The position numbers were made by a program, and so were the translations under genes. A stretch of DNA of 62,036 nt, counting the filler, from Candidatus Hydrogenedentota bacterium (GTDB lineage Bacteria > JBFMHD01): NCBI GenBank assembly GCA_040752395.1. It is 8 parts of 8 records of this genome, joined end to end, with 100 filler letters (N's around TTAATTAATTAA, not from the genome) between each part and the next. Parts side by side here need not be neighbours in the genome. Positions count along the whole stretch, not along the records: positions 54,598 to 62,036 come from JBFMHD010000138.1; 7 more parts are not named here. One strand, written 5' to 3'. Below are positions 55,536 to 62,036 of the stretch, in pieces. The notes beneath the pieces are model-generated. The model did not search any database and was not told the DNA's origin. It saw only the letters and a program-made list of their open reading frames with translations. How positions within the stretch are numbered: position 1 is the first letter of the stretch; each line of letters opens with the position of its first letter.

Positions 55536-57083
55536 ATGTGGAAAAAGAATACTGTTTATTTCTTCATTTTGATTATAACTGTTCTTATTGTAACAAATAT
55601 ACCATATATATATGGATACTTTCATCAGACTAAAGAAAAAAGATTTACAGGATTTTATTTTTTTCTGGATGATTGTTTTACATATCTTTCTAAAATAGAG
55701 CAGGGGCGAAGATATCATCTTTTATGGGAAAATCTCTATACATCTGAATACCATAAACCTCGCTTAATTTTTACCTTTTACATTTTTCTGGGCTTCCTCT
55801 CAAAGTTATCTTCTGTCTCTTCTGACATTATATATCATATTTCAAGGTTTCTACTAATTATAGTTTTTATAATAGTGATCAATAAATTTTACATACTTTT
55901 TTTCCAGGATTATTCAGACAGGATGTCTGGTCTGATTGTAACATGTTTTTCTTCGGGTCTTGGTTTCTTATATCCGATATTTTCTGATAAAGTAAGTATT
56001 AATGTTCCGGTTGATGTCTGGATTCCGGAATCTATAACATTTATGACATTTCTCCATTGTCCGCATATAATCTTATCAAATATTCTTTTTGTTTATATAC
56101 TCACAGTCTTTCTAAAAAATAAACCAATTACAATTCTTTCCAGAGTTTATTTAATCATTACGTCACTCTGTATTGGTTCTATGACTCCATATGTGTTGAT
56201 ACTTCTTATTCCCGCTCTCTTAATAATTAAAATCTTAAATAGAGACAATCTGAATAATATAGGGGTCGACTTTTTTATCTCTATCTCCTCAGGACTATTT
56301 TTTTGTATATATTATTTTATTATACTCCAGACAGACAGAATCATAAACTTATGGTTGGCTCAGGATGACCTCTCACCACCGAATATTATATATATATTAT
56401 GGGGTTATAGTATTCTCATTGTTCTTGCACTATTTACCCTGAAAAATATTAGAAACAACTGTTATATTAAAATTCTCTGGGTCTATATAATTATAAATCT
56501 TATATTTATATATCTTCCGATTAAGTTTCATCGAAGATTTCTTACTGGTTTACATATACCACTTTCCATACTGGCGAATTATGGCATTATTTATATTATT
56601 TCCCGGATTAGAGAGAAGAGAATTATAGAATTTTTTCTTATCATATTTCCAATTTTAGCAGCGGGTAACATTTTTTTTATTTTATACGGAGTTTATACCT
56701 TAAATAAGTTTACCTACCCATCTTATATAAATAAAAACCTGCTTAATACTTTAAAAAAACTCGAAAGATTGCAGCCGGATTATAAAGAGGTTAGTTTATC
56801 TACTATTGAACTTTCACCCTATATTCCTGCTTTTTCGGGATGTAAAACTTATTGGGGTCACCATCCTCAGACAGTAGATCACGATAGAAAAAAAGAAAAT
56901 ATAATAAAATTTCTGCAACATAAAGGCAATTTTAAAGATTTCCTGAAACAAAATTCTATCAAATATCTAATTTTACCCAGAGACAAAATACAGGGTAATA
57001 TAGAAAGATATTTAAGTGCTCAAGAGGTCTCGTTATTGTATCATTCAGGAGATATTTATCTATTTAAACTCCATAACGGGTGA
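55536..57083 (+). CDS. Multi-pass membrane protein, GT-C-like
   Basis: PY.YGY, DD..TYLSKI.QG, YTSE.H, FSSGLG, D.W.PES.TF, PH, IPAFSG...YWGH..QT. Confidence 0.65.
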   Translation: MWKKNTVYFFILIITVLIVTNIPYIYGYFHQTKEKRFTGFYFFLDDCFTYLSKIEQGRRYHLLWENLYTSEYHKPRLIFTFYIFLGFLSKLSSVSSDIIYHISRFLLIIVFIIVINKFYILFFQDYSDRMSGLIVTCFSSGLGFLYPIFSDKVSINVPVDVWIPESITFMTFLHCPHIILSNILFVYILTVFLKNKPITILSRVYLIITSLCIGSMTPYVLILLIPALLIIKILNRDNLNNIGVDFFISISSGLFFCIYYFIILQTDRIINLWLAQDDLSPPNIIYILWGYSILIVLALFTLKNIRNNCYIKILWVYIIINLIFIYLPIKFHRRFLTGLHIPLSILANYGIIYIISRIREKRIIEFFLIIFPILAAGNIFFILYGVYTLNKFTYPSYINKNLLNTLKKLERLQPDYKEVSLSTIELSPYIPAFSGCKTYWGHHPQTVDHDRKKENIIKFLQHKGNFKDFLKQNSIKYLILPRDKIQGNIERYLSAQEVSLLYHSGDIYLFKLHNG

Positions 57084-57109
57084 ATTCCTGTTTGCTTGAT
57101 TTTAGATGG

Positions 57110-57260
57110 TATAATGTTAATAATTGCCAGTGGGGTGACGTTATTGGTATGGGAACAAGCGCCTCATTAATGTTTAAACCGCTCTACAAATCACATTACA
57201 AAACCCCTGCGCCTTATTGTTCCCGCTGTCCGTTCGGTCTTAAACGACAAAATTGCTCTA
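57110..57260 (+). pseudogene. Possible remnant of a BioA-like class III aminotransferase
   Basis: GDVIG....MFKPL......PAPYCSRCPFG....C resembles the BioA internal segment; no surrounding gene. Confidence 0.4.
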
Positions 57261-57362
57261 CCATCTGCAACCTGATATTATGCCGGGTGTCAGCGGCCAA
57301 TAGGGATAAGGCCATTTTCTCTATTACTGCCCTAAAAATCTGTATTTTCCTTTTGTAACTGA

Positions 57363-57451
57363 GAACGTGTGAAAAAATTAGACTTTTTTAGAAAATGGGG
57401 ACTGATAATAAAAAACTTAGCAGGTATTAATGTTGATTATTTCACACGTTC
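57363..57451. mobile_element. 89-bp MITE (family A), copy 2 (inverted)
   Basis: TIR GAACGTGTGAAA/TTTCACACGTTC flanked by TGA...TGA; reverse-complement match to 46177-46265. Confidence 0.85.
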
Positions 57452-59043
57452 TGAAGCATTACAAAATATTTTATCTCATTGCTGACTTGTATTTTACCTT
57501 CAGGCAGAAGTTTTATTAAATAATTGAAATATTGTTCTTCGGGGTTGAGCGGAACAATAATAATGGAATTTACCTTATTTTCCGGTACTTTGGTGAGTTT
57601 GATTTTTTCAATTAATCTATTTAATGCAATTGGGTCAGATATGTACCCAACTTTACTTTTCCCGTAAGTTAGGAATTGAATAGTTTGAGATGGCATAGGT
57701 ATCCCATTTACTAGAAGCCCACCAACGTTAACTAGTACGTATTTAGAGATATCTTCGGGAACGGAATTCAAGAAATATCCGACTTTTGCACAATATTCGT
57801 TGAAACTTAAACGTGTGTTATCATTGTTTGCCCAGTCACTAAAATATTTCCTATATTCGCTGTAGCTTATAAATATTAATAATAGACAACTTATGATTAA
57901 AATCTGTTTCTCAAATCTTAAAAAATTATTTTGAACTTTTTTATAAATCCAGTTTGCTCCGATACCGGCAAATATCATAGCAACTGGTATAGCTCCTATG
58001 GAGCGGAGAGAGTGGGGGACACCTTCAATGGTTAAAATCGATGGAAGAAGCATAACAATAAACCATACCAGCAGAAACAAGTAGTTATTATTGTGGATAC
58101 CAGTTTCATTCCTAAACGTCTTTACGATTGAGATGGTTAATCCGATTAAAAAAAAGATCCCAATTATGAAGTTTAACTGAGGGTCTCCTGAATAGTTATG
58201 CCTCCAGTTATAGTCGCCTCTATAATTAAATTGAGCAAATGTCTTGATCGAAGAAGTGATTAAAGCATTTAAAGGAGATTGGCTGGCAAATATTGAAACA
58301 TCTGATGCCCGCATAAAAAGGTCTTTCGGATGATGGCTAATGTAAATTATTATGGGGATTAAGATGATAATTATGGTTAAACACATAATACTCCATTTTA
58401 ATCGTCTGCTTTTTATACGATTTTTCTTTACAGTCATCCACTCACATATAAATTTCACGACCAGTATCAGCGGAGCGACCTGGAAAGCAGTGTATGTATA
58501 AAAACCTAAACCAAAAAATAATCCTGCAAAAATAAAATGAAGAACTTTATTTGTTCTGACTGCAAGAAGAAGAAAATAAAAAGAGAAGACCATAATAAAA
58601 GGGACCATAATTCCACGGAAACCTATACGCGAAAAATTGACGTGCCAAAAACTGATGGCAATAAAAAATGTGCAAAGTAAGGATAGTGCTTCTCTCTCCT
58701 CTATATTTTTTTCGCTATAAAATAGTTCTTTTGCTAATAAATATAAACCTGCGACTGTTAGAACGCCGATAGCGGCAGGCACTAACTTGATAGATAGCAC
58801 GGAACTGCCAAAAACCCAAAAAGAGATGGCAATAAGGTTTATAAAAAGCCCCTCACGATTATTATTATTAGGATAAATAATTCTGAAGTTATGCGTGCAT
58901 AGAGCATTAATTGCGTCGTTCCCGTTAATCGCCACGTCATGATATAAACCAGGTGGGATATCATTTAAACGGTAAAATCTGTGAAATATCGATACGATTA
59001 AAATTAAGATAAAAACCAGCTTGTATTTATATTTTATCATCAC
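57442..59043 (-). CDS. ArnT/PMT-like (GT-C) glycosyltransferase
   Basis: RFY.L..IPPGLY.D.A.NG.DA, NREGLF, SFWHVNFSRIGFR, GLGFYTY, GDYNWRHN..G.P.L, PHSLR. Confidence 0.85.
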   Translation of the reverse strand: MMIKYKYKLVFILILIVSIFHRFYRLNDIPPGLYHDVAINGNDAINALCTHNFRIIYPNNNNREGLFINLIAISFWVFGSSVLSIKLVPAAIGVLTVAGLYLLAKELFYSEKNIEEREALSLLCTFFIAISFWHVNFSRIGFRGIMVPFIMVFSFYFLLLAVRTNKVLHFIFAGLFFGLGFYTYTAFQVAPLILVVKFICEWMTVKKNRIKSRRLKWSIMCLTIIIILIPIIIYISHHPKDLFMRASDVSIFASQSPLNALITSSIKTFAQFNYRGDYNWRHNYSGDPQLNFIIGIFFLIGLTISIVKTFRNETGIHNNNYLFLLVWFIVMLLPSILTIEGVPHSLRSIGAIPVAMIFAGIGANWIYKKVQNNFLRFEKQILIISCLLLIFISYSEYRKYFSDWANNDNTRLSFNEYCAKVGYFLNSVPEDISKYVLVNVGGLLVNGIPMPSQTIQFLTYGKSKVGYISDPIALNRLIEKIKLTKVPENKVNSIIIVPLNPEEQYFNYLIKLLPEGKIQVSNEIKYFVMLQNV

Positions 59044-59377
59044 CTATGCTGTCTGAAATAACGTATCGCGGCCGATGTTTCACTTCATCGTAAATTTTCG
59101 CTATGTATATTCCTATGATTCCAAGACTTATCATCAAAGCACTGCCTATAATCAGCAACAGAATAATCACGGTCGTGAAACCCACAACTGCAATCCCAGT
59201 AAATTTTTTATAAAGAGTCTGAACCCCTAAAAGTATTGCAAAAATCGCAAAGAGTATTGCCGCTACTGTTATAAACTGACTTGACCTTCCGCTTATCCGC
59301 CTGGAAACAAAAAATGGAATTGATGCATGTTTAAATCCCAGCCACGTAATCATTCCTCGAAAAAACATATTCCTCTC
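59027..59377 (-). pseudogene. C-terminal fragment of a GT2 (GtrB/ArnC-like) polyprenol-phosphate glycosyltransferase
   Basis: ERNMFFRGMITWLGF...R..G.S, G.TT.II......LGIIG.YIAKIYDEVK.RPRYVI. The catalytic N-terminal half is absent and a segment after 'GRSS' appears deleted. Confidence 0.8.
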
Positions 59378-59572
59378 CTCTGAAAAACGCTGTAACTCTA
59401 ATAATTCGGGGTACAGGCTACGGGCTACGGACTACAGCCGGCTGGAGCCCGAAGCCCGGAGCCTGAAGCCCGGAGCCTGAAGCCAACATATCATCTTTAG
59501 TTTTTCATACGTTGTGTAGAGCGCAAAAACGCAAAAACGCAATAACCCAAGAACCCAATAGTGTAGAGCGCA
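59377..59572 (-). repeat. Mosaic repeat: leader module, CAGCCGGCTG hairpin, GTTTTTCA linker, ACGCAAAA/ACCCAATA octamers
   Basis: Modules shared with 23393-23680 and 42149-42416; the leader end abuts the GT2 fragment. Confidence 0.9.
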
Positions 59573-59654
59573 AACCGCGCTCATGAGTACTTCTCCCAAT
59601 AAGACGATTGATAATTTTTCATCGTCGATGGATGGAAGGATGTTGGTTAAGAGT

Positions 59655-60449
59655 TTAATCTATGGTTTTTCCTATTTCATAGACAATAAAAAATACTATC
59701 TCAATAAGGATTAATAACACAATAGCGATCTCAAGTAGCATTGCTCGCTGGGTATTGATAACATCAAGTAATGTCTCTATATTATCCGTAATAAATTCAA
59801 GTTTGACATTTATAGCATAATGTCTGTCATCAAGGTCGAAATAGTCTCGTATGTCTCTAAAAAGTTCATTTAATTCCACGTGCTCGTATGTTTCTTCGGG
59901 TTTGTCAAATAAAGTAAGGTTGTTTATGACATGGTATTTCACAGAGATAGCAAGCCCGATACTTTTTAATATTCTTTTAGCACTGAGTCTTATTTTACCA
60001 GTATCTTTTATCTGATGTATGTATTTTTCGATCTCACTCAAAGCAGAATCCATCTCGAGTTCGAATTTGTTTAATGCGATTGATTGCGCAAAAGCAAGAG
60101 AGATAATCTTTATTTTTTCATGTGTGACATTTCGTATCTGAATATTTTCAAAGTCTATATATTCTGGTTCTGTGATATCAACTTCAATCTGGTCAGTTAC
60201 TCTTATATCGATTGAACTGTCATCTAAAAAATTTTTCAGTTCTAATGATACCTCGCTCTCAACTTCTTCATTGGGATTCCAGTATATAACAACCCCAAAT
60301 TTTGTAATAATAATATATCGTTCTGAAACCGCCTCAAAGATTAGCGGGTCGATACTGTACAATTTAAAAGCTTTTGTCTTTTCTCTGAATTTTTTTAAAT
60401 CTATCTTTGAGTTGTAATAATAACCTATAACTTTAACTACCTCAGCCAT
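59655..60449 (-). CDS. RMD1/DUF155 family protein
   Basis: FGVV.YWN, IS.A.AQSIAL..FE, L.DKPE.T.E...L..L......F.L..R...I..KL, LE..IV.LI.IEI. Confidence 0.88.
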   Translation of the reverse strand: MAEVVKVIGYYYNSKIDLKKFREKTKAFKLYSIDPLIFEAVSERYIIITKFGVVIYWNPNEEVESEVSLELKNFLDDSSIDIRVTDQIEVDITEPEYIDFENIQIRNVTHEKIKIISLAFAQSIALNKFELEMDSALSEIEKYIHQIKDTGKIRLSAKRILKSIGLAISVKYHVINNLTLFDKPEETYEHVELNELFRDIRDYFDLDDRHYAINVKLEFITDNIETLLDVINTQRAMLLEIAIVLLILIEIVFFIVYEIGKTID

Positions 60450-60519
60450 ACTAATTTAACCCCAATTTGTTATAATAACCACTATCCTCCCCCTTCGTTA
60501 TCTCGTAACCGCTGTAATT

Positions 60520-60603
60520 TAGAGACTGGACTTCAGACTTTAGACATCAGACTGTAATCCCTCGGTTACAGGTGGGGAAGAAGTAAGAAGTGAGAAGTAA
60601 GTG
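60520..60603. repeat. Mosaic repeat: (CAGACTT)n, CCCTCGGTTACAGGTGGGG, (AGAAGTA)n
   Basis: Heptamer periodicity; central part resembles 27877-27895. Confidence 0.65.
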
Positions 60604-60610
60604 GTTATTC

Positions 60611-61480
60611 TTAATCTGTATTTAAAATAATTGGTAACCCATCTTTACCAGAGCCAACAATAACAATTTTTGAGTTTGCTGAATTAGCGAGTTTCTCAGT
60701 AGCCTCGATACCTTTCCATTTCAATAACTGTTCACTGATACCAGCAGATACGATCTTTTGAAAATCTGCGATACCCTGGGCTTCGATCCGTTTTCTGTCA
60801 GCCTCCTGTTTTTCTTTCATCAATATAAATTCCATTCGCTGGCTCTCCTGCTCTGCTCGTAATTTTTCTTCGATAGACTGTGATAGACCTGGCGGTAACC
60901 CTACTTTACGAAGCGGTGAGGTCTCAATAATAATCCCACGTTTTTCTACAATCTTTTGTAATTCAGTTGATATCAGTTGAGAGAGCATCTCGCGCTCTGA
61001 GGTATAGAGCGCTTTTGCTTCATAACCAGCAGTCACACCACGAGTAACAGAACGGAACTGTGGGACTAATATTATGTCGATATAATTTGTTCCCACAGTT
61101 TTATACACCTCAGCAGCTTTTTCAGGATTTAAATGAAATAGAACAGATACCTCAAGGTGTATATTCAAACCCTCTTTTGATGGTACCTCCATTACTTCTT
61201 TTATCTCCTGAGTTTTAATAGAGAATTTGATAATTCGAGCAAGTGGGTTGACTATGTTTATCCCGGCTTTCAGTGTTTTATTAGATACGATACCGAAAAA
61301 ATCTACAACCCCGACATGACCTGCAGGTATCACAGTGAGGGATTGTGAAAAACAAAATAGAAATGCAATAACAGCAAGAAGTAATAGTACCCCACTTCCT
61401 TTAGCGCGCGGGTCTTTTCTTGTAGCGACGTATGCTATAACCATTACGACGCCAACAATAAAACTTAATACAAATAACAT
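60611..61480 (-). CDS. SPFH/prohibitin (band 7) family protein
   Basis: IPAGHVGVV..FG.V....L..G....NP, SKEGL, AEQE.QRM.F.L.KEKQEA.RKRIEAQG. True start is ATG 61480. Confidence 0.92.
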   Translation of the reverse strand: MLFVLSFIVGVVMVIAYVATRKDPRAKGSGVLLLLAVIAFLFCFSQSLTVIPAGHVGVVDFFGIVSNKTLKAGINIVNPLARIIKFSIKTQEIKEVMEVPSKEGLNIHLEVSVLFHLNPEKAAEVYKTVGTNYIDIILVPQFRSVTRGVTAGYEAKALYTSEREMLSQLISTELQKIVEKRGIIIETSPLRKVGLPPGLSQSIEEKLRAEQESQRMEFILMKEKQEADRKRIEAQGIADFQKIVSAGISEQLLKWKGIEATEKLANSANSKIVIVGSGKDGLPIILNTD

Positions 61481-61490
61481 CGTTTTGTTA

Positions 61491-61619
61491 CCTCCTCTGA
61501 AAAACATTGTAACTATAATAATATCAAGTAGAAGCAAGAAGCAAGATAACGGAAGAAGTAAGAAGTATCAGAAAAAAATTTTAATCTTTGAATCTTTGAA
61601 TCAATAGACTGATTTCTCC
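61491..61619 (-). repeat. Mosaic repeat ending in the leader module at the SPFH SD
   Basis: Leader, AGAAGCA, AGAAGTA and TCTTTGAA modules. Confidence 0.9.
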
Positions 61620-61644
61620 AGGAGTTGATAAGTTAAAGAGTTAA

Positions 61645-61902
61645 CTATTCTATCACTTTATACACTTTGTCGTGTTTTCTTACTCTACTACTTACCTTGA
61701 TACCGATATCATCACCTACTTTTGCAACATCAATATCAATATGTTCTTTTTGCATTGATTTTACATCTTCTGTAAAATCAGTTGTGTGGCCCTTAAAATG
61801 GAGTTTATCACCGATTTTTATCTCATCGTTTAAAACTTTTAGCGCCACGACCCCTACTTTAGCAAAGAAATCTGTTACTACAGCTATCTCTTTTTCTTCC
61901 AT
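61645..61902 (-). CDS. Small translation-elongation-factor-like beta-barrel protein
   Basis: 'I..VT.FF.K.GV.......I..GD...F.GHTTDF...V.SMQ.EH.....A..GD.IGIKV..RVR..DKVY'. Confidence 0.85.
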   Translation of the reverse strand: MEEKEIAVVTDFFAKVGVVALKVLNDEIKIGDKLHFKGHTTDFTEDVKSMQKEHIDIDVAKVGDDIGIKVSSRVRKHDKVYKVIE

Positions 61903-61910
61903 TTACATCA

Positions 61911-62036
61911 CCTCCTCCTCTGAAAAACTTTGTAACTATAATAATATCAAATAGAAGCAAGAAGCAAGAGGCAAGAAGCAAGATAACGGAAAGAAAGATA
62001 ACGAAAGAAGCAAGAGGCAAGAAGCAAGATAACGGA
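61911..62036 (-). repeat. Mosaic repeat with leader module (cut by window/contig end)
   Basis: CCTCCTCCTCTGAAAAACTTTGTAACTATAATAATATCAA followed by AGAAGCA/AGATAACG arrays. Confidence 0.92.

Overview
This is a low-GC bacterial draft or metagenome assembly. Eight unrelated contigs (7894, 7869, 7844, 7793, 7533, 7489, 7475 and 7439 bp, sorted by decreasing length) are joined by 100-bp N/TTAATTAATTAA linkers, so nothing across a linker is a true neighbour. Gene content is mostly housekeeping and envelope: ileS-dksA-lspA-lgt-rluD, murJ, two tandem PilB/GspE ATPases, leuB, hemW, thiL-tsaE-tsaB-rimI-folE-pgsA, mnmG, gcvT, a GH57 glycogen cluster, greA, tRNA-Cys, a DUF4159/VWA/DUF4175/peptidase operon and several GT-C glycosyltransferases. 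The most unusual signal is non-coding. About 20 intergenic mosaics are built from interchangeable 7/8/9-mer tandem-repeat modules, several arranged as long hairpins. Their conserved terminal module (TTGATATTATTATAGTTACAATGTTTTTCAGAGG) is repeatedly fused to the Shine-Dalgarno sequence of unrelated genes. Where both flanks are visible, deleting the mosaic restores a normal stop/SD/start junction, which suggests an RBS-targeting, possibly promoter-carrying, non-autonomous mobile repeat system. Also notable are an orphan DarT-like ADP-ribosyltransferase, a GYF_2 protein with an embedded GspG-like domain, a TPR protein with a degenerate Mrr domain, two MITE families and IS/tyrosine-recombinase remnants. 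All calls come from reading sequence and motifs; no database searches were run.
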